A stretch of 64,000 bases of DNA from Bdellovibrionales bacterium (GCA_965219095.1 CBDCMT010000001.1:1536001-1600000); one strand, 5' to 3'; shown: positions 33,596 through 44,795, counted from the first letter of the stretch. The notes: generated by a model from the letters alone, not told the origin. Translations and numbers: made by a program.

Positions 33596-33832
33596 TTATA
33601 TCTGTTATTTTTCTAGGACACTAGATCACAAAAAAAGATCAACTGATTAAAATACTTTGCTTTTTTGTAACTCGATTTTTAAACTGAGTTACGGAAAAAT
33701 CCATAACACAAGAAGTTATTTCCTTTTATTCTTTCACACAAAGTTATTCTTTTAACAAAGAATAGGAATCTTTTCCTTTGAAGTTAGAGGACAAGACTCA
33801 AAACCAAATAACAAAAAAGGAGGGACTTTGTT

Positions 33833-33959
33833 ATGAAAAAAACTAATACTAACATTTTTACTTTTTATGCCTTTCGGGAAACCTTCTTATGGGAGCTTTG
33901 TAAAGGCAGAAAATCAAAGCTTACTTTTACAAAGTTCAATGGAAATTACAATAATAATA
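33833..33959 (+). pseudogene. Frameshifted, truncated paralogue of the secreted protein at 61178-62011
   Basis: Removing one A from an A7 run gives MKKLILTFLLFMPFGKPSYGSFVKAENQSLLLQSSME; upstream region also homologous. Confidence 0.75.
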
Positions 33960-34126
33960 GTTTCCTCAAAAGAATCTGTGGGTTCCTGGAGATTCTTTTG
34001 AGGAAGCCAAAAGAACTCCTCACGGAAATCTGTGGGTAAAAGCACCTAAGAAACATCCTCCTCGTAGGAGTCAAGGGCTGTTAAAAACCCGACTTACCTT
34101 TTACCTACAGATTCTTTTGAGGAGGC
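33960..34126. mobile_element. Two adjacent ISL3-IR-derived MITEs (48-bp hairpin plus an element of about 113 bp)
   Basis: 33960-34007 resembles 28754-28801; 34014-34126 has ISL3 left/right IRs and a core shared with 62495-62578 and 19215-19247. Confidence 0.75.
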
Positions 34127-34675
34127 ATATTTTTAATGTCTTCATATTGGTCTTTATCTAACGGCTCAAATTTAATGTCAACAAACGAAAGATTAATTCC
34201 CAGACCTATCACTTTCGTACTGACATCATGAAGATCCACTCCATTTCCATTCATTGATAAAATTACACCAATACCAACTGCAAAATTCAAACCCAATTCC
34301 ACCCCCCTTAAAATGGCTAGTAAAAATATCTTGAATTTGATTTCCAGAAAGGAACCTTATACCCATACTTTTGTTAAGTTCAAGTATCCTCAAAAATAAA
34401 ATCTTGCCCCCTCCTACAAGAATCATTTTAACTGGTAAACGTATAGACTTCATATCCATTGATACAATCACCACCTCCCCCTCTACTTCATTAGTGTTCA
34501 AATAAAACCCAATATTATCTGTCGAATTATTCGAAAGCGGATATGGTTCAAAGTAAGCTTTAACAAGATGAGCTATTCTGTCTGTATGCTTATCTTTACT
34601 ATTCTCTATACTTTCACCTGCAAAAGAAGTTATAGAAAATAAAAATAATGATCCAAGAAAGATTATTTGTTTCAT
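34105..34675 (-). pseudogene. Secreted protein split by a G6 frameshift; stop codon supplied by a MITE
   Basis: Signal peptide MKQIIFLG...SFA; removing one G at 34302-34307 fuses ORFs 34226-34675 and 34105-34302 (HFKGVELGLNFAVGIG). Confidence 0.65.
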
Positions 34676-34689
34676 TTTTATCTCTCCTT

Positions 34690-36223
34690 GTAACTGCTCA
34701 CCTACATTGTTCAGTTATCCTTAACTTTAGACCTGTTTTAAGATAAAAGTCTTGCTCTTACAGATTTTCTTTTAAATACTCTTTTCAAATGACAATAAAT
34801 AAGACCTCCATCAGAAATGAGATTGAAAATATAAGAAGTGACTTTGATAAGCTTGCAAAGAAAGGTTCTGTGCCTACTGAGATTTCTGTGATTGTTGAAT
34901 CTCTCTTTAAGGTTGTGAACATTCTGATTGTTGTGTTTTTAGAAAAACAGGTTCGAAAAAATTCCAGCAACAGCGGTCTTCCTCCTTCGCAAGATTTTAG
35001 TCGTCAAGGGAATCGTAATAAGAAAGCTAGTGGGAGTCAGAAAAAGGGTTCTAGACTTGATAACAGTAAAGATACAAAACAGTGAGGAGACTGTCTCTCC
35101 CTCAGAGTGTTCTCAGTGTGGGATGTTTTTAAAGACAGCAGAGGTAAAAAGCCTTGAGAAGCGTAAAAAGATTGATATTTTTTATGAAATTCAGACCCAT
35201 ACTGTAACTTCTGAAGTTAAGAATTGTCCCTCATGTGGAGCTAGAAATAAAGGTCAATTCCCTAAAGGTATGAGTGGTCCTCTTCAGTATGGTATAGGCA
35301 TTAGAGCTTCCATCATCAATTTCATTATAGTTCAGATGCTGTCTTTTAGAGCGTGTTGGGGAACATTACATGGGGCTTATAGGTCGAATGATTTCTCCTG
35401 CAGTTATGTTGAGATACATTGCTGAATTAGGAGAGTTTCTTAAAAGTTGGGAAGAGCAGATGAAAGAAAAGATACTTGAATCAGAGGTCATTCATGTTGA
35501 TGAGACCTCTATGAGGGTTAAGGGTAAAAACTACTGGATTCATACTTATAGTTCAGGAGAATTAGTCTTGCAGTTTCTCCACCTTTCAGGTGGAAAGGAA
35601 GCCATAAAAGATATTGGTCTCTTGGATAGATATGCAGGAGTGCTTGTGCATGATTGTTGGAGTCCTTACTTTTGTTATGATAAGATAACTCATGCTTTGT
35701 GTGTGGCTCACCTTTTGAGAGAGCTTAAATTTATAGAAGAAAGCAATGGATTCAAATGGGCTACAAATCTCAAAAAACTTCTTAAAGAGACTGTGGAGCT
35801 AGTTCATAAAAAAGAGTCAAGAGTTCTGACTCAAAAAGAGTACGAAACTCTTCAGAGAAGGTATAGGAGTATTCTTACAAAAGGCTTAAAAGAGCTTCCA
35901 GAATTTCCTAAGAAAAATGGCAAGAAAGGACGAATAAAGCATACACAAGCTCAAAACCTTTGGCTGCGATTTAAAAAGTATGAAGCAGAAATACTGTGTT
36001 TTTCTAAAAGAAAGAACGTAGATCCTACTAATAACAGAGCTGAAAGAGATCTAAGAATGACTAAAGTGAAAAAGAAAGTGTCAGGGTGTTTCAGAACAGA
36101 AGAAATGGCGAAATATTTTTGTCGTATTACCAGCTATGTTAAAACAATGAGAAATAGAGGGTATTCTTCTTTAGAAGCCATCTCTATGGCTTTAAATAAA
36201 AACTTACGAGAGTGAGCAGTTAC
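34690..36223 (+). mobile_element. IS66-family element (single-transposase type), frameshifted
   Basis: GTAACTGCTCAC IRs; KNSSNSGLPPSQD, CxxC zinc finger, HVDET, LCVAHLLREL and TNNRAERDLR motifs. Confidence 0.93.
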
Positions 36224-36443
36224 TGTAAAGGAAGAGTCATTAAAAATGGAAAGGAAATGCAGGAAGTTTTTTCTTAGGTGATTAGAATATTCGTGACCGT
36301 ATGCAAAAAAAATTTTTATATTTTTTGTAAATGGAGAAGTGTTTTTTCTTTTTAATAAACACTCTAAAAATTTAACAGAGTTTGATTAAAAAGCTAGAAC
36401 GCTATGCGTTAAAAGAATGTCGAATTAATTTTTGGAAATGATA
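36224..36443. repeat. IS630A-ended MITE segment abutting IS66 (inverted copy at 41531-41764)
   Basis: Shared sequence and identical IS66 junction. Confidence 0.8.
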
Positions 36444-36486
36444 TTAGTCGCAAAAACACAGGCTTAATCGAAAAAAAGGGAAAATA

Positions 36487-36639
36487 CCCTTTGAGGCCTT
36501 AAAAACCAGGCCAGCTAAAGGGTTTAGAATTTGTCTCGGGAAGCTCACTCCTTCTGCAAGTACTTTAGGGTCACTATCATGTCTTAAACCAGTGACCTGT
36601 CTTTTTGATTTACCGTCGAATTAATTTCTGTAATTGGTA
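36487..36639 (-). repeat. IS630A IR plus structured core (copy 2)
   Basis: Reverse complement of 26748-26901; followed on the minus strand by a GGG-TATTTT-CCC hairpin and a T run. Confidence 0.8.
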
Positions 36640-36668
36640 TTACCTTAGATGTGTTGGAAAAAATCCTT

Positions 36669-36684
36669 TGTTCTACGTGGAACA
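36669..36684. promoter_or_regulatory. parS: parS centromere-like site
   Basis: TGTTCTACGTGGAACA, one mismatch from the palindrome TGTTCCACGTGGAACA; 130 bp upstream of parA. Confidence 0.8.
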
Positions 36685-36814
36685 AAAAACTTTTCCAAGA
36701 AAAGCTTATAAAATTTTTATTTTTTCTTTTGAAAAACGGCTCAATCCTGTGAAGCTTTCAATTTTTTTGAATAAAAACCTTGTATTAGAAAGGACTGGAT
36801 TATAATCTTCAAAC

Positions 36815-37639
36815 GTGCCACATCATAATACGACAAAAATCATCTGCGTAGTGAATCAAAAAGGAGGTGTTGGAAAAACAACCACTTCTGTCAACCTCTC
36901 TTCAGCCCTCAGTCTGTTGGGAAAAAAAGTCCTCCTTCTTGATTTAGACCCTCAAGGAAATGCTTCTAGCGGTCTTGGTGTGGATAGAAATGATCCTAGA
37001 GGTCAAATTTATCAAGTCCTTGTTGGAGAAAAGCATCTTTCTGAGCTTATTTACCCTACAAACATAGAAAACCTCTTTTTAACTCCTTCTAATATAGATT
37101 TAGTGGGAGCAGAAGTTGAGCTTATAGGAAAAAAAGACAAACAAGCACTTTTAAAAGAAAAAATAAGACCTTTATCTAAGTCTTTTGATTTTATTTTTAT
37201 AGACTGCCCTCCTTCTTTAGGCTTATTAACTCTTAATGCTCTTGTAGCAGCTCAGTCTTTCCTAGTTCCTCTGCAGTGTGAATATTACGCCCTTGAGGGT
37301 TTAAGCCAGCTTCTTTATACAGCAAGTTTAGTCGAACGAGACTTTAATTCTCATTTACAATTAGAGGGCATTGTACTCACTATGTATGATAGTCGCAACA
37401 ATTTAAGTGAACAAGTCAGAAAAGAAGTTCTTTCTCATTTTTCTGATAAAGTGTTTCAAACTGTCATTCCAAGAAATGTCAGACTCAGCGAAGCCCCTTC
37501 TCACGGAAAAAATATTTTTTCTTATGATAAAAAATGCTTAGGAGCTCAAAAGTATAAAGAGCTAGCCTATGAGGTATTAAATAAATATAGTTTAATAAAT
37601 GATTTTAAGGAGGAGTTTGATGTCTCAAGAAACGTTTAA
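36815..37639 (+). CDS. parA: Chromosome partitioning ATPase ParA/Soj
   Basis: NQKGGVGKTT, DLDPQGNA, DCPPSLGLL and IPRNVRLSEAPSHG motifs. Confidence 0.96.
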   Translation: MPHHNTTKIICVVNQKGGVGKTTTSVNLSSALSLLGKKVLLLDLDPQGNASSGLGVDRNDPRGQIYQVLVGEKHLSELIYPTNIENLFLTPSNIDLVGAEVELIGKKDKQALLKEKIRPLSKSFDFIFIDCPPSLGLLTLNALVAAQSFLVPLQCEYYALEGLSQLLYTASLVERDFNSHLQLEGIVLTMYDSRNNLSEQVRKEVLSHFSDKVFQTVIPRNVRLSEAPSHGKNIFSYDKKCLGAQKYKELAYEVLNKYSLINDFKEEFDVSRNV

Positions 37640-38513
37640 AGATAAAAAAAGAGGTTTAGGAAAAGGGTTGGATAGCCTTTTTAAAGAAACTGAAAAAATT
37701 TCAAAAAACAGAATACCTCAGCCTGCACTTTCATCAGAAGGCTATAGAAACTTAGAGCTTATAAAAATTAAAATCGATCTTGATCAGCCAAGAAAAACCT
37801 TTTCAGAAAAATCCCTTGAGGAGCTTTCTCAATCCATTTTAAAAAATGGAATCTTACAACCTCTTGTTGTTTCTGAAAACAAACAAGGCTTTTACCATAT
37901 TATAGCTGGAGAAAGACGTTTTAGAGCTGCACAAAAAGCAGGTCTTAAGAAAGTTCCTGTGATCATACGTGCTGTCGAATCAAAAAAAGAAACTTTAGAG
38001 GTTGCTTTGATTGAAAATTTGCAAAGAGAAGATCTGAATGTTTTAGAAGAAGCAGAGGCTTATGAAAAACTCATCAGAGAATATCATATGACACAAGTCC
38101 AAGTGGCTGAAGCTGTGAATAAGGAACGTTCTACTGTGGCTAACATTTTAAGGATTTTAAGTTTACCCTCATCAGTAAAAACCTACTTACAAAAGGGGGA
38201 GCTTTCTTTAGGTCAAGCTAAAGTTTTGTTATCTTGTCCTATAAAGGCTTTGCAAATAGAGTTTGCAAAAAAGGCCGTAAAAAACCAACTCAATGTGAGA
38301 AAATTGCAAGCTCTTGTTAGTTCGCATACGAAGAAAAGTTCAAACTTAGAGACAAAAAGAGATCTTTCTTTTCTTAAACCTTTAACTAATCAGCTTGAAA
38401 AAAAATTCCGTACAACAGTTCGGATCAACTATAGAGGAGGAAAAGGTACTATTGAAATGGAGTTTTATTCTAATGAACAATTAAGCGAATTAGTTAAGAC
38501 GTTAAGAACGTGA
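37620..38513 (+). CDS. parB: Chromosome partitioning protein ParB/Spo0J
   Basis: GLGKGLDSL, QPRKTF, AGERRFRAA and ENLQREDLN motifs; start placed at the ATG after AGGAGG. Confidence 0.95.
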   Translation: MSQETFKDKKRGLGKGLDSLFKETEKISKNRIPQPALSSEGYRNLELIKIKIDLDQPRKTFSEKSLEELSQSILKNGILQPLVVSENKQGFYHIIAGERRFRAAQKAGLKKVPVIIRAVESKKETLEVALIENLQREDLNVLEEAEAYEKLIREYHMTQVQVAEAVNKERSTVANILRILSLPSSVKTYLQKGELSLGQAKVLLSCPIKALQIEFAKKAVKNQLNVRKLQALVSSHTKKSSNLETKRDLSFLKPLTNQLEKKFRTTVRINYRGGKGTIEMEFYSNEQLSELVKTLRT

Positions 38514-38833
38514 GTGATAACATTACAGGTCTTTTAGAGAAGGGGGTTGTTTTTGAAGGGCGACTTAGTTTTGAAGGAACTGTACGAATTGGAGGAGAGT
38601 TGAAAGGAGAGATCATTACACAGGGAACTCTTATCATTGAAAAAGGTGCTAAAGTTGAAGCTCAAGTCCAAGCAAAAAAAGTTTATTGCTCAGGAAGCTT
38701 TTCAGGAGAAATAAAAGCCACCCATTCTGTTGCTATGTATGTCCCTGCTGTTTTTAAAGGGAAAGTCCTCTCCCCCTCTTTAAAAATTGAAGAAGGGGTA
38801 GTTTTTGAAGGATTCTCACAGAGGCTCTCTTGA
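38510..38833 (+). CDS. Bactofilin (polymer-forming cytoskeletal protein)
   Basis: Beta-helix repeats FEGRLSFEGTVRIGG...LKIEEGVVFEG. Confidence 0.9.
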   Translation: MSDNITGLLEKGVVFEGRLSFEGTVRIGGELKGEIITQGTLIIEKGAKVEAQVQAKKVYCSGSFSGEIKATHSVAMYVPAVFKGKVLSPSLKIEEGVVFEGFSQRLS

Positions 38834-38897
38834 GTCTATAAAGAGCCTGTAAATTAAATTGTATAACTACTGCTCCTTTTTATGAGTTTACTTCTTA

Positions 38898-39943
38898 ACC
38901 TGAGTTTCGACTTTTTTCAGGGCTAAAGGCTAGCTAATATAAACAAATACCTCAGACTTTTGTAAGATTTTCTTGAAAAAGCAACTTACAAGAAAAAACA
39001 CCTTGAGAGTTATAAAAAACATACAAGGAGGTCTTAAGATGTTTAATTCTAATTCTAATTATATCATATCAATTTATGTTCTTGTCGATGATTTTTTAAC
39101 CCCTCTCATACAGCAGCATCCAGAACTGGTTTGCCAAAAATAAAGGAGGTTTTTCTTCTGCTTATCTCCCAGAGAAATTATCACTCTCTATCTTACTTTT
39201 CCAAAGTTCTGGCTTTAGGAATTTTAAAGCCTTTTACCAGTTTGCAAAAGTCTATCTTAAATCTTATTTTCCTAAAATGTTGTCTTACTCCCGATTTGTG
39301 AACATCAAAAAAGACATGGCTTTTTTGATGTTTCTTTTCTCGACAAGCCTTACGAGTAAAACCACAGGCATATCATTTATTGATTCCACATCGATTTTTC
39401 TTCAAAAATAAAAGAATAGGACGAAATAAGGTGTTCTAAAAGTTAGCTAAAAAGAGGCAAAAGTAGTATGGGCTGGTTCTTCGGATTTAAACTCCATATT
39501 GTTATCAATCACCTAGGAGAACTTTTAAGTTTTACCTTAACTCCGGGAAATGTAGATGATCGAAAGCTAAGTTATGGATTTATAGTAAAGGGTTGGTGGA
39601 AAAACTCTTTGGGGACAGAGGTTATATTTCATCAGACCTTTTCAAAAAGCTTTTAAAGAAGGGAGTTAATTATTACAAACGTCAAATTAAATATGGAGAA
39701 TAAATTGATTCCCTTATTTGACAAGTTGATGTTGAAAAAACGTTCTGTTATGGAGGTCAGTGATTGGAGTGTTAAAAGGAGAGTTTCATCTTGAGCATTC
39801 TCGCCATCGTAGCCCATAAAACTTTGTCATCAATCTTTTAGGTACTCTCATCTCTTACTTGCTTAAAACCTAAAAAACCCTCCATTCAACTTAAAACTCA
39901 AAACAGGAGCTTCTGAACAATATATAAAAGTCGAAACTCGGGT
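38898..39943 (+). mobile_element. IS982-family element, multiply frameshifted
   Basis: IRs ACC(T/C)GAGTTTCGACTTTT; GWFFGFKLH motif. Confidence 0.88.
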
Positions 39944-40027
39944 TAATAGAAGTATCTGGGAGAAGTTTTGAAATACAAGAAGCCATTGAAAAGTGTATAA
40001 AATAAAGCACTAGAACAAAATAAAATC

Positions 40028-40063
40028 AACTCTTTATCTCCCGATATCGGGAGATAAAGAGTT
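40028..40063. terminator. Perfect 36-bp palindrome directly after the stop of 40064-41434
   Basis: AACTCTTTATCTCCCGAT|ATCGGGAGATAAAGAGTT. Confidence 0.6.
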
Positions 40064-41434
40064 TTATAGACGCCCTTTATCATATTGATTCCAAAAATTA
40101 TACTTCCTTTTATTATTTTTTTTAATTTCTAAAAAATAAGCATCGTGAGTTTGAATTCCCATCCAATCCTTTATATCTTTACTAAGACTATCAAGACAGT
40201 GAAGGTAATCTGCTCCATTTTGATAGGCTTTTGATTTCCCTCCCTCTAAAATAGAATTCAATAAAGCACGATAGAGAATTGTTGCAATAAGAGGTTTTTG
40301 ATTGTGACTGAAAATATCGGCCCATATCGTAGGATTGTAGTGATTTCCATTAATATATTGTTTTCTGTTAAAGATATAATCACCAGCCTCATCAATAAGT
40401 TCTAACTCCAACATAAAATTAACATCTTCTATGTCTAACTGTTTATTTTGAAAGATAAGAGCAACTTCATTTTTCAAAAGCTTTTGTCTTTTGTTCTTTC
40501 CCTCAATAGCTATAACTTCATCAAACTTTTCCTTTGTTCGATACTCGTCGTCCCTAAAAGCCTCCCACACAATTTCTTTTTGTTTCTTTTTATCTCCTAA
40601 CTTTTTATAGATTTCTAATAAAAGCTCATTAACTTCATCAACTGAATCCCAGAAATTATCTTTATTAATTTTCTGTAAATAGGAGAGAGCCTTTTTAGGA
40701 TCACCGCAAAAAAGCCACATCTCTCCTAATTTAAAGAGGTCGATTTCATAATCGCTTCCACCTCCAAGCTTGATGACTTTTTCGTAGAGAAGAGGATCTT
40801 TCGTAGCCCATGCCATACGTTCTAACAAAGAAGTGCTACGTATTTTTTTAGATTTATAAAGCTTCCAAAGTTTATCTATAATTCTTCTTATCTCTTTTTC
40901 AGGTAGAAATTCGCCTACTTCGATGCTCAGTTCATCACGAAGTCCATACTCATCTTTAATAACCAAATTAAATAAAATATCAGAAACCCATTCTTTATTC
41001 TTACATTGTTTTGCATACTTTCTGAAAATATTTGCTGCATCACAGTTAAAAATGATTTCGATTTCTCCATCGGAATCATCACAAGATTCTATAATATTAC
41101 CGTCTGCCTCAAAGAACTCTTTTATTAAAGATAGACCCTCTTCAGGAGTAAGATCTGACTCTTTTAGATCAAACAACAGTTCCTCTAGTTGACGAGCAAA
41201 TGCCTCTGTATAATGTCTAGGAATAAAGATCTCTGTATATTTTTCCAGTTTTTTTCTAAAACGCACATAGTGTTCATCTTTTCTTGATGCTAGTCTTTCT
41301 AAAGTAGAATGAACATTCTCATTTTGAAGAGATGCCCTATAAAGGGTTTCAACAAGAATTTTCTTATCTAAATTTAAAAGCTTTTTACCTTTTCTGGATG
41401 AAAGAAAATTATTAACCGAGTCTTCTCTTTCCAT
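40064..41434 (-). CDS. Helical-repeat protein, probably DUF6880-like
   Basis: CDDSDGEI, LYRALLNSIL...SKAY and HDAY...RKYNFW motifs (family recalled, not searched). Confidence 0.6.
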   Translation of the reverse strand: MEREDSVNNFLSSRKGKKLLNLDKKILVETLYRASLQNENVHSTLERLASRKDEHYVRFRKKLEKYTEIFIPRHYTEAFARQLEELLFDLKESDLTPEEGLSLIKEFFEADGNIIESCDDSDGEIEIIFNCDAANIFRKYAKQCKNKEWVSDILFNLVIKDEYGLRDELSIEVGEFLPEKEIRRIIDKLWKLYKSKKIRSTSLLERMAWATKDPLLYEKVIKLGGGSDYEIDLFKLGEMWLFCGDPKKALSYLQKINKDNFWDSVDEVNELLLEIYKKLGDKKKQKEIVWEAFRDDEYRTKEKFDEVIAIEGKNKRQKLLKNEVALIFQNKQLDIEDVNFMLELELIDEAGDYIFNRKQYINGNHYNPTIWADIFSHNQKPLIATILYRALLNSILEGGKSKAYQNGADYLHCLDSLSKDIKDWMGIQTHDAYFLEIKKNNKRKYNFWNQYDKGRL

Positions 41435-41530
41435 ATTTACTCCTCCTTATGAAAGACTTCAACTAAAGATATCTCCGATTAGCTATAATCTTTTTCAAGC
41501 TCACACTTGTCAAGTTTTTTCTCTTTATAA

Positions 41531-41764
41531 TACCATTTCCAAAAATTAATTCGACATTCTTTTAACGCATAGCCTCCTGGCTTTTTAATCAAACTCTGTT
41601 AAATTTTTAGAGTGTCTATCAAAAAGTATGTCAAGAAAAAACACTTCTCCATTTACAAAAAATATAAAAAATTTTTTTTGCATACAGTCGCGACTATTAC
41701 ATCTAATCACCTAAGAGAAAACTTCCTGCATTTCCTTTCCATTTTTAATGACTCTTCCTTTACA
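41531..41764. repeat. IS630A-ended MITE segment abutting IS66
   Basis: Inverted copy of 36224-36443. Confidence 0.8.
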
Positions 41765-43298
41765 GTAACTGCTCACTCTCGTAAGTTTTTATTTAAAGCC
41801 ATAGAGATGGCTTCTAAAGAAGAATACCCTCTATTTCTCATTGTTTTAACATAGCTGGTAATACGACAAAAATATTTCGCCATTTCTTCTGTTCTGAAAC
41901 ACCCTGACACTTTCTTTTTCACTTTAGTCATTCTTAGATCTCTTTCAGCTCTGTTATTAGTAGGATCTACGTTCTTTCTTTTAGCAAAGCACAGTATTTC
42001 TGCTTCATACTTTTTAAATCGCAGCCAAAGGTTTTGAGCTTGTGTATGCTTTATTCGTCCTTTCTTGCCATTTTTCTTAGGAAATTCTGGAAGCTCTTTT
42101 AAGCCTTTTGTAAGAATACTCCTATACCTTCTCTGAAGAGTTTCGTACTCTTTTTGAGTCAGAACTCTTGACTCTTTTTTATGAACTAACTCCACAGTCT
42201 CTTTAAGAAGTTTTTTGAGATTTGTAGCCCATTTGAATCCATTGCTTTCTTCTATAAATTTAAGCTCTCTCAAAAGGTGAGCCACACACAAAGCATGAGT
42301 TATCTTATCATAACAAAAGTAAGGACTCCAACAATCATGCACAAGCACTCCTCCATATCTATCCAAGAGACCAATATCTTTTATGGCTTCCCTTCCACCT
42401 GAAAGGTGGAGAAACTGCAAGACTAATTCTCCTGAACTATAAGTATGAATCCAGTAGTTTTTACCCTTAACCCTCATAGAGGTCTCATCAACATGAATGA
42501 CCTCTGATTCAAGTATCTTTTCTTTCATCTGCTCTTCCCAACTTTTAAGAAACTCTCCTAATTCAGCAATGTATCTCAACATAACTGCAGGAGAAATCAT
42601 TCGACCTATAAGCCCCATGTAATGTTCCCCAACACGCTCTAAAAGACAGCATCTGAACTATAATGAAATTGATGATGGAAGCTCTAATGCCTACACCATA
42701 CTGAAGAGGACCACTCATACCTTTAGGGAATTGACCTTTATTTCTAGCTCCACATGAGGGACAATCCTTAACCTCAGAAGTTACAGTATGGGTCTGAATT
42801 TCATAAAAAATATCAATCTTTTTACGCTTTTCAAGGCTTTTTACCTCTGCTGTCTTTAAACACATCCCACACTGAGAACACTCTGAGGGAGAGACAGTCT
42901 CCTCACTGTTTGTATCTTTACTGTTATCAAGTCTAGAGCCCTTTTTTTGACTCCCACTAGCTTTCTTATTACGATTCCCTTGACGACTAAAATCTTGCGA
43001 AGGAGGAAGACCGCTGTTGCTGGAATTTTTTCGAACCTGTTTTTCTAAAAGCACAACAATCAGAATGTTCACAACCTTAAAGAGAGATTCAAAAACCACA
43101 GAAATCTCAGTAGGCACAGAACCTTTCTTTGCAAGCTTATCAAAGTCACTTCTTATATTTTCAATCTCATTTCTGATGGAGGTCTTATTTATTGTCATTT
43201 GAAAAGAGTATTTAAAAGAAAATCTGTAAGAGCAAGACTTTTATCTTAAAAACAGGTCTAAAGTTAGGGATAACTGAACAATGTAGGTGAGCAGTTAC
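41765..43298 (-). mobile_element. IS66-family element, frameshifted
   Basis: Both IRs present; ORFs 42563-43198 and 41773-42618; no TSD. Confidence 0.93.
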
Positions 43299-43358
43299 TT
43301 ATTACTTTAGTGAGAGCCGTTCAGCTTGTTCTGTTAAAGAACTCTTGGGGTCTTATAA

Positions 43359-44401
43359 ACCCGAGTTTCGACTTTTATATATTGCTCAGAGGCCCCTGTT
43401 CTTGAGTTTTAAGTTGAATGGAGGGTTTTTTAGGTTTTAAACAATAGGAGATGAGAGTACCTAAAAGATTGATGACAAAGTTTTGTGGGCTACGATGGCG
43501 AGAATGCTCAAGATGAAACTCTCCTTTTAACACTCCAATCACTGTTTCCACAACAGAACGTTTTTTCAACATCAACTTGTCAAATAAGGGAATCAATTTA
43601 TTCTTCATATTTAATTTGACGTTTGTAATAAGCTTAACTCCCTTTTTTAAAAGCTTTTTGAAAAGGTCTGATGAAATATAACCTTTGTCTCCAAAGAGTT
43701 TCCCCACCAGCCCTTTACACAAACCTATAACAGGCTTTCGATCATCTACATTTCCCTGAGTTAAGGTAAAACTTAAAAGTTCTCCGAGGTGATTGATAAC
43801 AATATGGAGTTTAAATCCGAAGAACCAGCCCATACTACTTTTGCCTCTTTTTAGCTAACTTTTAGAACACTTTATTTCGTCCTATTCTTTTATTTTTGAA
43901 GAAAAATCGATGTGGAATCAATAAATGATATGCCGGTGGTTTTACTCATAAGGCTTGTCGAGAAAAGAAACATCAAAAAAGCCATGTCTTTTTTGATGTT
44001 CACAAATCGGGAGTAAGACAACATTTTAGGAAAATAAGATTTAAGATAGACTTTTGCAAACTGGTAAAAGGCTTTAAAATTCCTAAAGCCAGAACTTTGG
44101 AAAAGTAAGATAAAGAGTGATGATTTCTCTGGGAGATAAGCAGAAGAAAAACCTCTTTTATTTTTAGCAAACCAGTTCTGGATTGTTGTACGAGAGGGGT
44201 TAAAAAATCATCGACAAGAACATAAATTGATATGATATAATTAGAATTAGAATTAAACATCTTAGACCTCCTTGTATGTTTTTTTATGACTCTCAAGGTG
44301 TTTTTTCCTTATAAGTTGCTTCTTCAAGACATCTTACAAAGAACTGAGATGTTTGTTTATATCAGCTAGCCTTTAGATCTGAAAAAAGTCGAAACTCGGG
44401 T
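43359..44401 (-). mobile_element. IS982-family element, frameshifted
   Basis: IR ACCCGAGTTTCGACTTTT at both ends; GDKGYIS and KRSVVETV motifs. Confidence 0.9.
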
Positions 44402-44447
44402 TATTAGTTAAGCTCAGAGGCTCAGCGTGCAACAAAGCCGTTAGGAG

Positions 44448-44795
44448 TTATAAACTAGGCTTCCACACAGCAAAACCTATAACCAAAGTGCTTAGAACAA
44501 AAATCAAGAGCATCCAGAAGTATATTTTTGAAGGATGGCGTCTGATGAAAAAAGACAAAGAACCTAAAACAAACCACAACACTAACTTAGCGTAAATCCA
44601 AAAATCCAAAGCAAAAGAAGCTTTTGCTATAATACCAAAGCCTGATATAAAAAGTAAGACAAGAGCAATACCACTTAAGATCATACTTTTTTTACGAAAA
44701 CGTTCCTGAGTTAAACCTACTGTTAAAACTCCTAAGCTCAGTATCAAAAGTGCAAAAGATGAAACATGAAGCCACTTATAAAACTCATAAGACAT
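44448..44795 (-). CDS. Small 4-TM membrane protein, SirB2-like
   Basis: YKWLHV and WIYAKLVLW pattern. Confidence 0.65.
   Translation of the reverse strand: MSYEFYKWLHVSSFALLILSLGVLTVGLTQERFRKKSMILSGIALVLLFISGFGIIAKASFALDFWIYAKLVLWFVLGSLSFFIRRHPSKIYFWMLLIFVLSTLVIGFAVWKPSL

Noticed and set aside
33960..34126. CRISPR array
   Set aside because: The repeats are ISL3 terminal IRs in alternating orientation with irregular spacing; no cas genes
36605..36805. 66-aa ORF upstream of parA
   Set aside because: Starts inside the IS630 IR repeat and crosses parS and the parA promoter region
40028..40063. Integron attC site
   Set aside because: Loopless perfect palindrome, shorter than attC sites, without extrahelical bases; no integrase or cassette array
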